A DNA stretch of 53,218 nucleotides from a virus (taxonomy: Duplodnaviria; Caudoviricetes): IMG/VR virus record IMGVR_UViG_3300032116_000277, positions 1 to 53,218 of that record. One strand, given 5' to 3'. Below, piece by piece: positions 16,846-26,084 of this stretch (the first letter of the stretch is position 1; each line of letters begins with the position of its first letter). The position numbers and the translations under genes are program-made. The notes under the pieces are model-generated. The model was given only the letters and a program-made list of their open reading frames with translations. It was not told the DNA's origin and searched no databases.

Positions 16846-18281
16846 GAATCTTACTTGTCATATTACTATGCTTGATGACTGTGCTTACTCAAGCTCAGTC
16901 TATTACGGCTCCTCCTGGTAGAACATACCAGGTTAATGTGAGCGGGCAAGATGCAAGTGGGTTTGTTATTAGTGGATTTAGTACACAGTCATTATTAACT
17001 TCTATAGGGTTAGTTGACCCACCTGCAGGAGTTACATTTAGTATTACAACTACTACAGGTTTATCTTTTGCTACAGGATATAATTCCTGGACCAATCAGA
17101 CACGTATAAGTTTTACTGGTACTCAAGCTAACGTAAATAATGCATTAGCTACTTTAAAGATCAATACTGGATCTACACTTGGTAACGTACAGATATCTGT
17201 ATCTACCACAGAAAACCCAGCTGGCTATTATTATAATGCTATCAATGGTCACTTTTATAGACCAATATCTACTACTGCTTTTTATTCTGCAGCAAAGACA
17301 GCTGCTTCACAACAAACTTTTAAAGGTCAGACTGGTTATCTTGTGACTATAACTTCTCAGTCTGAGCAAGACTTTATTGTTGCTAACGTACCACAGAATA
17401 ATATTTGGTTTGCACTCTCAGATGTAGCTCAAGAGGGTTATTGGCGTGTAGACGCAGGTCCTGAGAATGGTACGTTAATCAAGACAGCAAACGGTCAGAC
17501 TGCCGGTAATATTGCCGGTCAGTACAACAACTGGTGTGGAGGTGAACCTAACAACGCAGGTGGTGAACACTATGCAGTTACCAAATGGGGCGGGGGAGGA
17601 TGTTGGAATGACCTTCCAAACAACTATAACTGTGCTTACATAGTAGAGTTTGGTACTTGGTCAAATCCTGCTGATGCTACCTTTACTGGATTCTATACAG
17701 CTAATACAACTAACACAGTAGCTGTAACAAATACGTTGACAGGAACAGTTACTATTCCTGCGGGACTAACATCTAGACCTCTGCTCACTTTATACAGAGT
17801 TGTTAATGGATCAGATGTACTGGTAGACTATAAGACCGTAAATACTAATGGGACTTATACGTTTACTTTACCTAATCAGAACTCTACATACAAGATTGTA
17901 CCCTCATTAACAATGCAGGGTATAACCTCAGCTGACTTTACAGCAACATGGGCGGAGTGCTTGAACATTAATACGCCTAACAATCTTAGTCCTGGATTAT
18001 CTATGACAGGAACTAAACAGTGGAAGGCAGCAGATGTAAACAAGAACGGTATATTAGACCTTGGTGATGCTTTCTTAATCATAGCACACACCACAGGGTT
18101 AAGATCAATTTCAGAAGTCTTATGGTTCAATTCATCAGACTATGACAGTATCACGAGATCTAACTTTTCTACTGTCAACTCGGTCAGCTCGTTTACTATA
18201 AACGTAGCTACCAGTGATGTTATACAGAACATAAAGTACTGTGTACTAGGGGATGTGAATCTATCTCACAGTTCAAACTAA
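16842..18281 (+). CDS. Secreted C-type lectin-domain protein with a C-terminal dockerin-like module
   Basis: Signal peptide TQA-Q; GYLVTITSQSEQDFI, WFALSD..QEG.W, YNNWCGGEPNN, WNDL, YIVEF; ADVNKNGILDLGD. Confidence 0.8.
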   Translation: MRILLVILLCLMTVLTQAQSITAPPGRTYQVNVSGQDASGFVISGFSTQSLLTSIGLVDPPAGVTFSITTTTGLSFATGYNSWTNQTRISFTGTQANVNNALATLKINTGSTLGNVQISVSTTENPAGYYYNAINGHFYRPISTTAFYSAAKTAASQQTFKGQTGYLVTITSQSEQDFIVANVPQNNIWFALSDVAQEGYWRVDAGPENGTLIKTANGQTAGNIAGQYNNWCGGEPNNAGGEHYAVTKWGGGGCWNDLPNNYNCAYIVEFGTWSNPADATFTGFYTANTTNTVAVTNTLTGTVTIPAGLTSRPLLTLYRVVNGSDVLVDYKTVNTNGTYTFTLPNQNSTYKIVPSLTMQGITSADFTATWAECLNINTPNNLSPGLSMTGTKQWKAADVNKNGILDLGDAFLIIAHTTGLRSISEVLWFNSSDYDSITRSNFSTVNSVSSFTINVATSDVIQNIKYCVLGDVNLSHSSN

Positions 18282-18313
18282 AAAAAGACCAGTGGGATTT
18301 CTCCCACCGGTCT
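18280..18313. terminator. Intrinsic terminator between convergent operons
   Basis: A-run followed by the hairpin AGACCAGTGGGA-TTTC-TCCCACCGGTCT. Confidence 0.7.
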
Positions 18314-18321
18314 ATATACAA

Positions 18322-18924
18322 CTACTCGTCCTCATTAGAAAAAAGTTTCCTTAACAAGTCATCAATATCAGGCTTCTTTTCTGTATTGTTTGAATTATTA
18401 CCATCAGCCCATCTACGTAACATATTCATGTACGTATCAAAATTGTGGTGACTCTTCTTTACAAAACTAATACGCTTCATCATAGACTTTTTATCAAGTT
18501 TATCTATAGGAGCGTCTTCTTCATCATCATCTTCTTCTTCGTGCTTACTTCTCATTTCAGATACAAGCTCTATAATCATAGACTTAAGTCTATCTTCTTT
18601 GTTGTCTTGGTTTTCTTGAAGATGTTTGTAGTAGCCAAAGATTTCTTTAGCCATACGTTGGTAGCCTGTAAAGATCATAAGAGTATATTCATACTCTAAC
18701 TGATCTGTTATGCTTTGTAAACATCTTTGCAAGTCACCGCTGACAGTACGAAGTTCTTTAGGAGCGTCATCTGGGTCTTCAAAGAGTTCTTCTCTTTGGA
18801 ATGCATTACTAATTGCTGTAAAGAAAACACGTTCTCTACATTTAGTACGGATATCCCCGGGGATACCAAGTGATTCATGAAAGCTATCTGTTTCATGATT
18901 AAACTTTCTGTTTGCAAGTAACAT
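18322..18924 (-). CDS. Hypothetical acidic protein downstream of the VWA gene
   Basis: 200-aa ORF. Confidence 0.7.
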   Translation of the reverse strand: MLLANRKFNHETDSFHESLGIPGDIRTKCRERVFFTAISNAFQREELFEDPDDAPKELRTVSGDLQRCLQSITDQLEYEYTLMIFTGYQRMAKEIFGYYKHLQENQDNKEDRLKSMIIELVSEMRSKHEEEDDDEEDAPIDKLDKKSMMKRISFVKKSHHNFDTYMNMLRRWADGNNSNNTEKKPDIDDLLRKLFSNEDE

Positions 18925-18941
18925 AGGATACTTTTTGGATT

Positions 18942-20453
18942 TTAGTTATTCTCAATAGTGTTTCCATACTGATCTACTTTGGAGATCTTACTACCGTCAA
19001 AGACTACAACTTGTCCTCTTTGAGAGTATTGCTTGATAACTTCACTATCAAAGTGATTGAACCTTGCTCCTTCTAGACCTATAAAGAATGCTTTATCGGT
19101 AAAGTGATGACATCTGTCTTCTGCATCGGTAATGACAAGAGCGTTCTTGTCTCCGCGTGCAATGTTATTAACGGCTACATCAATACTAGTACCGCCTCCG
19201 CAGTCAATCATAGAAATAGATATGAGATCATTACGGTATTTCTTTAACCGGGTGTCAAAGAGATAGACTTCATTTAACATATCCATCTCTTTTAGTTTAG
19301 CTATCATAGACTTAGCAAAGTCTATACGGGTTATTTGATTACCTTGAGCGTCTTTTGTGCCACAACCTGAAGACATAGATCCGGATATATCTACATACAC
19401 ATCTATCTTACCTACTGCTTTAGTATCCTTGATTTGTATATCTTCTGCAAAGATCTTACGCAGTTGTGGATGTAAGAGTTCATAGTCTTCTAGACCAGAT
19501 ACATCCTGGGCATTGAATAGATCCTCGTAAGTTGTGATCTTCCGGGATGAGAAATAACTAGTAGACTTATCTAAGAGCTTTTTGAGTTTCTCTTTAAGAG
19601 CACCCATAGACATCTTGATATTTGCGAGTCTACCTGCAACCTGACGCATATAGTCTGGGCTAAGCTTTCCTGCTTCTCCACTACCAGATTGGTTAGCCTG
19701 GTCAAACATTTGTTCTTGGATATCTTGACCCATTGACTCGTCCATCATCTTACAGGTTTCCTGTGCATCTTGCATGGCACGTTCTAATGCATTCTTGCTG
19801 GTTTGTGAGCCAAACATCTTATTTAGTGCATCATCTGCAGCATCGTTACCAAACTCTGAGTCAGAGTCTAGTCCGTTTTGCAGATCCTGTGCCGCCTGTG
19901 GATCAATGTACTCCAGCTGCGTCATCTGCATCATGTAGTACATCATCATGTTACGAGTATAGATTGCAGACTTAAGGTTACCACCTTCGGTCATGATCTT
20001 ACCAACAGGATTGTTTGCTTTCTCCAGAAACCTGAACCGGGTATGATTCTTGTCTGTACGCTCTTCAAACTCAAGTTTATCCATCTTGTTGTAGTACATC
20101 TTGAAAATGTCCAGCTTAAGATGCTTAGGAAACTTTTCATAAGTATCACGTACTTTTTGATAGTATGCACTAAAGTCTGGCTTCTTGTCTTCATCTAGCT
20201 TTTTAAAAGCTGCACTTTTACTGAAGTTGTTATACTCTTCTTTCATCTTACTGGCATCCTGAAAAGCTACATCTACAATACGAGATATTTTTCCCTCATC
20301 TATGTAGTGTACATACGGTTTAATAAGATCGGCTTTTTTATAAAAGTTTAGTTTGCCGAAGAGACCTTCGTTGTCTTTGTAATGAGACTGTATTTCACCT
20401 TTCTTTACTTTCTCAAGTATAGTGTATACATTCTTATACTGTTTGTTTGACAT
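18942..20453 (-). CDS. VWA-domain protein (ViaA-like MoxR partner)
   Basis: MIDAS motif VDISGSMS, GGGTSI, VITDAED. Confidence 0.8.
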   Translation of the reverse strand: MSNKQYKNVYTILEKVKKGEIQSHYKDNEGLFGKLNFYKKADLIKPYVHYIDEGKISRIVDVAFQDASKMKEEYNNFSKSAAFKKLDEDKKPDFSAYYQKVRDTYEKFPKHLKLDIFKMYYNKMDKLEFEERTDKNHTRFRFLEKANNPVGKIMTEGGNLKSAIYTRNMMMYYMMQMTQLEYIDPQAAQDLQNGLDSDSEFGNDAADDALNKMFGSQTSKNALERAMQDAQETCKMMDESMGQDIQEQMFDQANQSGSGEAGKLSPDYMRQVAGRLANIKMSMGALKEKLKKLLDKSTSYFSSRKITTYEDLFNAQDVSGLEDYELLHPQLRKIFAEDIQIKDTKAVGKIDVYVDISGSMSSGCGTKDAQGNQITRIDFAKSMIAKLKEMDMLNEVYLFDTRLKKYRNDLISISMIDCGGGTSIDVAVNNIARGDKNALVITDAEDRCHHFTDKAFFIGLEGARFNHFDSEVIKQYSQRGQVVVFDGSKISKVDQYGNTIENN

Positions 20454-20467
20454 ATAGTCAAAATTTA

Positions 20468-20499
20468 AAGTAGAGTCAGCTGTTACACTGACTCTACTT
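20468..20499. repeat. Perfect 12-bp stem-loop between the MoxR and VWA genes
   Basis: AAGTAGAGTCAG-ctgttaca-CTGACTCTACTT. Confidence 0.6.
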
Positions 20500-20513
20500 G
20501 ATTAATAAATACA

Positions 20514-21824
20514 TTAAGCCTGTTCTGCCATCAATGTATCAAACTCTTCTGAAGTTTGATAGTCTTTACGAGCAGGGTGGCTACCTAAGATATACTGCAT
20601 AGAAAGTTCTATTTCTTCTACTTGTGTCTCATCCATGATACCACGGGAAACATAAGTATTGATTAGAGATTCTATGTCTGCAATAGCCAGCTCCAGCTGT
20701 TCATTGGTAGTATAGCTCTGCAGCATTTCTACTTTAGACATTACAGCCTTCACCTCGGGGCTCATCAGTTTGTTCTGTAGTTCAGAACCAGCTGACTGGC
20801 CGATCATGATCTGTGCTGTCTTTACTAGGGCTTTATCTACTGAAATATCCCAGATGTAACTAACTGCTTTGGTAAGCTTTGGTACGAAAGTAAGCGTACG
20901 GTCAGAGCTGTGTTGGTAACCAACTTCAAGATACTTCTCTAGTTTGTTTACAGGGATTTCTACCTGCTCAATTTCTGCACTGTTAGGTACACCAATAGTA
21001 AACTTCTCACGGTAGTTACGGGCTCCCTTGTTATAATACTTAACAAGCTCACCTGCAGATACACGGTTCACAGTCATCTTTAACATAAAGCGGTCCCAGA
21101 ATGGTGAGTCTTGCTCATCTTTAGGGATCTCATTACAAGTAGCAATGAACAGCTTCCACTTACATGGAATCTTGTGCTTACCGTTAAAGAGAAACTTCTC
21201 GTTCATTACACCTAGCATCGCATTACGGATTGCAGAGGAAGCTTTGTCAACCTCGTTGATAATAACAATCTCTGCATCTGCAATTGGAGCAGCTAGTTCA
21301 TACTTGTTCTCTGTGAACAGTTTACCCAGATCAGGCATACCCTTGATCTCTGAAGCTTTAGTACCCTCATCTGTTTCTAGGATATAAATCTTCTGAGCAA
21401 AGTCTTGAGCTGTCATCTTACCGTCTTTATTAAGCCATGCTTTTGCATACTCAATAACTGTTTTAGTCTTTGCAACACCGGGCTCACCTACAAGCAGACA
21501 GGGTAGACCTGTTGATTCTGCAAGGGCCATCATCTTAAATACTTCTTCCTTGTTGATTAAGGAAGTTTCAATTGTACGTACCTCTTGGGTAGTTTTCTTG
21601 GTGATTGTCTTCACTTTAGACATGTTTACTTTGTTTGTAATGTTAGGACTTGGATTTACTGTAGTTTGTATTTGATGTGCATTATTTACATGATAGGCTT
21701 TTACCCATCTTTGTACACCAGTTGAAGAAGCTCTTACTTCCCATAAATTTCCGTCATTGCCAGTCATTATATGACCGACAGGATATAGTGTTGCACTGTC
21801 TGTTGGACTTGGTCTAGGCTGCAT
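20514..21824 (-). CDS. MoxR/RavA-like AAA+ ATPase with an N-terminal RPSP..GNDGN.W extension
   Basis: GEPGVAKT, IINEVDKA..IRNAMLGVMNEK, ATCNEIP, PFWDRF; ATG at 21824 lies just after the upstream stop. Confidence 0.82.
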   Translation of the reverse strand: MQPRPSPTDSATLYPVGHIMTGNDGNLWEVRASSTGVQRWVKAYHVNNAHQIQTTVNPSPNITNKVNMSKVKTITKKTTQEVRTIETSLINKEEVFKMMALAESTGLPCLLVGEPGVAKTKTVIEYAKAWLNKDGKMTAQDFAQKIYILETDEGTKASEIKGMPDLGKLFTENKYELAAPIADAEIVIINEVDKASSAIRNAMLGVMNEKFLFNGKHKIPCKWKLFIATCNEIPKDEQDSPFWDRFMLKMTVNRVSAGELVKYYNKGARNYREKFTIGVPNSAEIEQVEIPVNKLEKYLEVGYQHSSDRTLTFVPKLTKAVSYIWDISVDKALVKTAQIMIGQSAGSELQNKLMSPEVKAVMSKVEMLQSYTTNEQLELAIADIESLINTYVSRGIMDETQVEEIELSMQYILGSHPARKDYQTSEEFDTLMAEQA

Positions 21825-21828
21825 AGTA

Positions 21829-22188
21829 TTAGAGGTTGACGAAGGCTGAGAGGTCGTCTTCTGTTTGATTAACTCCCACCGCTGAGTAGTTGTCATCCAC
21901 TGATACCACTGGTTGTTCCACAGGATTTGCTGTCCTAGCAGTTGTGGGTTCTTGGGTTTGATTAACGGTCTCATTAGTGTCGTCAATAATGTTAAATACT
22001 GTGATATTAGTTTCTGCATCTCTTAGTTTTGCATTTCCTTTACGGATTACTGCAATCTGTTGCTCTTTTGCATTATACTTTTCTTGGATGTTACCGTAAC
22101 CGATATCATCACGCTTCAGCCATGTAAGGCCGTTGTTGAGGTCTTCTAAGATCTGTGATACGTACAGATCTACTTTGTTTACTGCCAT
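21829..22188 (-). CDS. Hypothetical protein
   Basis: 119-aa ORF. Confidence 0.65.
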   Translation of the reverse strand: MAVNKVDLYVSQILEDLNNGLTWLKRDDIGYGNIQEKYNAKEQQIAVIRKGNAKLRDAETNITVFNIIDDTNETVNQTQEPTTARTANPVEQPVVSVDDNYSAVGVNQTEDDLSAFVNL

Positions 22189-22214
22189 AGTAGTTGTTAT
22201 TAGATTTTGTTTAA

Positions 22215-22790
22215 CTAATAGATTTCAAAGCCTCCACAGTTTTTTAGGAAGGCTATCCAGTTTTTGAGATGACCAAGTGAAGTTCCGTGGCTTGGATATG
22301 CTACGGTTCCATCTTCTAGTACTACTCCGTTAAAGAGCACTGTACCAAAAGGATACTGTTCTTGCAGTTTATCATCAACTTCTTTAGTCAAGAACTTTCC
22401 TTCATCTGTACACCAAGATCCCATACAGAGATAGATCCGATCATTATCTTCTTTTAGTTCTTCTGTTAAATGCGTGTTGATATGATCTTCTAAAGCGTTA
22501 GCTAGCTCTTCGCATTTCTTGGGGCTTCTAAGTCCGTAACCGGAGTTCTCTCCCCATCCGTTTGTATTAACTCTGAGTTGATATTTTCTGGATACTATTT
22601 CACATAGCATGTGTATAGGTCTCCAGGCCCACCAGTTAGAGCGGAAATACTCACCGGGATTTTCTTCTTGCCATTTATTTACAGCTTCCCAATAAGCTTC
22701 CCTTTCTGTTTCTGTAGCATTTTCAAAGTCAATACGTTCAGGACGTTCACTAAGTATAGTAGGGTTTAACCCTGATATATCTACTCCCAT
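22215..22790 (-). CDS. Conserved phage hypothetical protein (YFRSNWWAWRP)
   Basis: Likely start MGVDISG at 22790; ends FLKNCGGFEIY. Confidence 0.7.
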   Translation of the reverse strand: MGVDISGLNPTILSERPERIDFENATETEREAYWEAVNKWQEENPGEYFRSNWWAWRPIHMLCEIVSRKYQLRVNTNGWGENSGYGLRSPKKCEELANALEDHINTHLTEELKEDNDRIYLCMGSWCTDEGKFLTKEVDDKLQEQYPFGTVLFNGVVLEDGTVAYPSHGTSLGHLKNWIAFLKNCGGFEIY

Positions 22791-22791
22791 A

Positions 22792-23508
22792 TTACCATTG
22801 AATTTTGTACTGAGGTCCGTTGTTTTTTGCAAGGATCTCATTGGCTTTATTAAATATGTCATTGCAGTCCCATACTGTTTTGGTATACGCTGCAGATGCC
22901 GGATGACTGGCTTTTAAGATGTAGTGGTTCTGACCAATGACAGATTCCAGCTCCTGGGCTTTTGCACCTAGCAGCATGAAGATGAGACCTGAGTTAGTCA
23001 GGCTGAGCATGTCTAGAACATACATGATAAAGTCTTTCCAGATATCGTAGTGGGTGCCCACTTTGTCTATCTGGGTTGTTAGTGCACTGTTAAGCATAAG
23101 TACTCCTTGATTAGCCCAGCGTGTTAAATCTGGATCTTGATGAGTGGGGTACCCTTGAAATACAGTTTCTTCTATAGCCTCAAACATATTTTTAAGGCTA
23201 GGTTGGGGCTTTCCAGTAAGACCACAAGAGAATGCTATACCGTCAGCCACGCCCATGTGAGGGTATGGATCTTGTCCTATCATTACTACTTTGAGTTCTT
23301 TTTCTGGGCACTCCTCAAATGCTCTAAAAGTGTACTTTAAAGGAGGAGTAAACCTTTTGCCGGCATCTCTTTCTTGGAGCAGGTTGTCCAGTATTTTATC
23401 AAAATCACTGGACATAATAAACCCCCGTAGCTTAGTAGCCCAGCCAGAAGGGGTAAGCTTTTCTATAAGTTTGCATTTAATTTCTGCAAGGTCTACAGTT
23501 TGTGTCAT
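22792..23508 (-). CDS. ung: Uracil-DNA glycosylase, family 1
   Basis: VVMIGQDPYP, ADGIAFS, PSLKN, WANQGVLMLNSALT, SHPAS. Confidence 0.93.
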   Translation of the reverse strand: MTQTVDLAEIKCKLIEKLTPSGWATKLRGFIMSSDFDKILDNLLQERDAGKRFTPPLKYTFRAFEECPEKELKVVMIGQDPYPHMGVADGIAFSCGLTGKPQPSLKNMFEAIEETVFQGYPTHQDPDLTRWANQGVLMLNSALTTQIDKVGTHYDIWKDFIMYVLDMLSLTNSGLIFMLLGAKAQELESVIGQNHYILKASHPASAAYTKTVWDCNDIFNKANEILAKNNGPQYKIQW

Positions 23509-23542
23509 AAAAGTTGTCTAAATTTGTTACAAATAATATCCT

Positions 23543-23836
23543 ATGGCTACTTATACAGCTATCAAAAGAGATTCTACATTTCCTATAACTGTTGGAGGAA
23601 ACACCCTTATTAACTTTCAGAAGCTTCTTCTTTTTCTTTTGTCAGATAAAACTGAAGAAGAAATAAAAACAGCTTTTGAAAAAATTACTAAGAAAGAGTA
23701 CGAAGAAGACTGGTATGAGCATGTTGCTTTTGTCTCTCTTATGATAAATGTTTTAGAAAAAACAGCTCATGAAAAAGGTCTTACTGTTATAGAAAATTTG
23801 GAAGAACCTCCTTCTCAAGACTCTACCATACAGTAA
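23543..23836 (+). CDS. Hypothetical protein, lone plus-strand gene
   Basis: 97-aa ORF preceded by TAAATTTG (about 23519-23526). Confidence 0.6.
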   Translation: MATYTAIKRDSTFPITVGGNTLINFQKLLLFLLSDKTEEEIKTAFEKITKKEYEEDWYEHVAFVSLMINVLEKTAHEKGLTVIENLEEPPSQDSTIQ

Positions 23837-24221
23837 ACCCTACTTCTTCTCCTATTTCTATGCATGCTTGAATAGCTAAGCTCAGCTCATCTTTTGAGCA
23901 TTCAGAAAAGCTCTTAGGTAAAAAATATTCTTTACCTGAGACTTCTCTTGCTATACATAGTCCTGCTCTATCTTTTACAAGGATTTTCATGTTTTCTGCA
24001 GTCTCACCAATATGTGTAGCTAGCTGTTTGATTAATACGTGCAACTTGGCTAACTGAGGTAAAGTGCCATCATCATGTTGTTCCTCATAGAATACTTCTA
24101 CTATTTGCCCATCAGGTATATGAGAGACAAATAATTCAAACTGTTTTGAAGAGGCCAGAGTAGAGAACTCCAGCCGTCCGTTACGTTTAATATATTTACC
24201 TGTAAAGTGTAAGTTCATCAT
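23823..24221 (-). CDS. NinB/YbcN-like protein
   Basis: TLPQLAKLH....IA..IGE....K..VK and KSFSECSKDEL pattern. Confidence 0.5.
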   Translation of the reverse strand: MMNLHFTGKYIKRNGRLEFSTLASSKQFELFVSHIPDGQIVEVFYEEQHDDGTLPQLAKLHVLIKQLATHIGETAENMKILVKDRAGLCIAREVSGKEYFLPKSFSECSKDELSLAIQACIEIGEEVGFTVW

Positions 24222-25332
24222 AGGTGGATAAATTTACTTCGTGATACTTAATCTTAGTTTGATCAAGATCTTTCAGTGCTTCAGAAACCCAGCGTTCATC
24301 TACAGTATCTTTATAGCAAAGTATATGTACTATAGCAGTGTCATCAGGATTGAGTCTGAGTAATCTTCCTATGCGTTGATTACTTTTACGCTCGTTACCG
24401 TAAGCATGCATAATAATGCCTGCTCTGAGGTTAGGAATGTTTACGCCTTCATTAAGCTGAAGTACACAGGATAGCTTATCAATCTTGTCTTGCTTAAACA
24501 TCTCAAGATTAACTTCACCATTAGGATTTTCTGAGTGTACAGAATGTTTACATACTCTGTCTGCTTGGGCTTGGGTATTACAAAATACTATGCACTTATC
24601 TTCTATTTCATTAAGAAGATATTTTGCATACGTTTCTTTGGTTTTAAAGTCCATCAGTACTCTCATTCGCATAACAGAAGCTATCTGTTCTTGCTTTTTA
24701 GTTTGAGCTTCTAGAATTCTTTTGCTCCAGTATGCATAGCTTTTTTGTTCTGATGTATAGAAGTTGCTGTTCTTTAGTGATACAGGTATGTTGTTATCTT
24801 TACCTAATGGCATTTTGTGTACAACAATTCTATAATCATTTAAGATATCATCATCTATAGCATCATCTGTGATATACTTGTAAAGTACAGGACAGTATTT
24901 AGCTACCATTCTACCTTTTTCAGATTGTCCATATCTAGGTGGAGTACCCGTAAGCCCCAGTATACGACCTTCATAGTTGGCTAGAAAGGTTTCGTGCGAT
25001 TCTAAAAGACTGTGGCATTCGTCCAGCACAACTACATCAAAGTTGTGTGGGTTATATTTATTCAAGGAAAGGTATGTAGTGAATGTAGTTTGATTTATTA
25101 CCTCTTGAGGTATATCAAACTTTACTGCATCATCTTTCCAGGTATCAAATATGCTCAGCTTAGGTGCTACTACTAGTACGTTAAGCTTGTACATATTTTG
25201 TTCTTGTAAATGACTAAGGTATTTGAGTCCGATGAGAGTCTTGCCAACACCCATAGATATACCTAAGCCACTACGTTTGTACTTTAAGGCTATATCCAGA
25301 GCTTGTTGCTGGATCTCTTCTCGTTTATTCAT
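24196..25332 (-). CDS. Superfamily 2 (DExH) helicase
   Basis: MGVGKT, LDECH, GLTGTP, LNEGVNIP, QRIGRLLR. Confidence 0.9.
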   Translation of the reverse strand: MNKREEIQQQALDIALKYKRSGLGISMGVGKTLIGLKYLSHLQEQNMYKLNVLVVAPKLSIFDTWKDDAVKFDIPQEVINQTTFTTYLSLNKYNPHNFDVVVLDECHSLLESHETFLANYEGRILGLTGTPPRYGQSEKGRMVAKYCPVLYKYITDDAIDDDILNDYRIVVHKMPLGKDNNIPVSLKNSNFYTSEQKSYAYWSKRILEAQTKKQEQIASVMRMRVLMDFKTKETYAKYLLNEIEDKCIVFCNTQAQADRVCKHSVHSENPNGEVNLEMFKQDKIDKLSCVLQLNEGVNIPNLRAGIIMHAYGNERKSNQRIGRLLRLNPDDTAIVHILCYKDTVDERWVSEALKDLDQTKIKYHEVNLSTYDELTLYR

Positions 25333-25490
25333 TTAGAAAGATTTTTTATTATTTGTAATCCTTCTTCTTGACTATTTACTGGTATCATTTTGTTATTACC
25401 TAATACATACCATCCGTCATATCTTTTTTCAAGACGAAGAGGACCACTCAGATCAAATTCTTCTCCATCTGTAAATTTTAGCTTACTCAT
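25329..25490 (-). CDS. Small hypothetical protein (53 aa)
   Basis: MSKLKFTDGEEFDLSGPLRLEKRYDGWYVLG...; ATGA-coupled to the helicase. Confidence 0.6.
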   Translation of the reverse strand: MSKLKFTDGEEFDLSGPLRLEKRYDGWYVLGNNKMIPVNSQEEGLQIIKNLSK

Positions 25491-25494
25491 TTTT

Positions 25495-25878
25495 TTAATT
25501 TAATCTTGTTTCAGAATAGCCTAACTCTTTTGCTGCATCTGGATTTTCTTCTATCCATCTATGACAGGTTCTACATACAGCTAACCAGGTAGAGATTTTT
25601 AGATGATTTTCACCTCGGCCAGCTTTGTGATGTACATCAGTTGCTTTACCTGTACAGCCAACTAGTTTAGCTTGGCATTGATTATGTATTACAAGGAATG
25701 CTGTACGTCTTTTAGAATACTCATCCATAGTCTCACGCATCTTTTTAGATACAGGTGAAATCTTTTTGGGTGGGTCAAGAGTATACCAACATTCCTTGCA
25801 ATACTTTTCTTTACCGTGAGATTTCCAGATGTGTTTCAGTTTGTTGCAACTGTTGCACATCTTCAGTTTTGTTTGCAT
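25495..25878 (-). CDS. HNH endonuclease-like protein with an N-terminal Zn finger
   Basis: CNSC..CKEC; CQ....C...ATDVHHKAGR....WLAVCRTCHRWIE. Confidence 0.75.
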   Translation of the reverse strand: MQTKLKMCNSCNKLKHIWKSHGKEKYCKECWYTLDPPKKISPVSKKMRETMDEYSKRRTAFLVIHNQCQAKLVGCTGKATDVHHKAGRGENHLKISTWLAVCRTCHRWIEENPDAAKELGYSETRLN

Positions 25879-26068
25879 CAGGCACGGGTTTAGTTCTGAC
25901 AATAATGGCATCTTTTACAGACTTACCTAGTATACTTACAGGCTGTCTTATTACTTCTATTTCTACAGGACCGTTTCCTATTAGCTTATTTAGAAGTAAA
26001 CTGTCTAACTCATTTGCCGGCAGTAAGATTAACTGAACCTTTTCGTCAGAGATAAAAATACTTTCCAT
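25811..26068 (-). CDS. Hypothetical protein
   Basis: 85-aa ORF. Confidence 0.55.
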   Translation of the reverse strand: MESIFISDEKVQLILLPANELDSLLLNKLIGNGPVEIEVIRQPVSILGKSVKDAIIVRTKPVPDANKTEDVQQLQQTETHLEISR

Positions 26069-26084
26069 AGAATACGGACTGGGT

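Noticed and set aside
21825-22019. N-terminal 65 aa of track ORF 20514..22019
   Set aside because: It overlaps the upstream gene 21829..22188 in another frame; the ATG at 21824 is the more plausible start.
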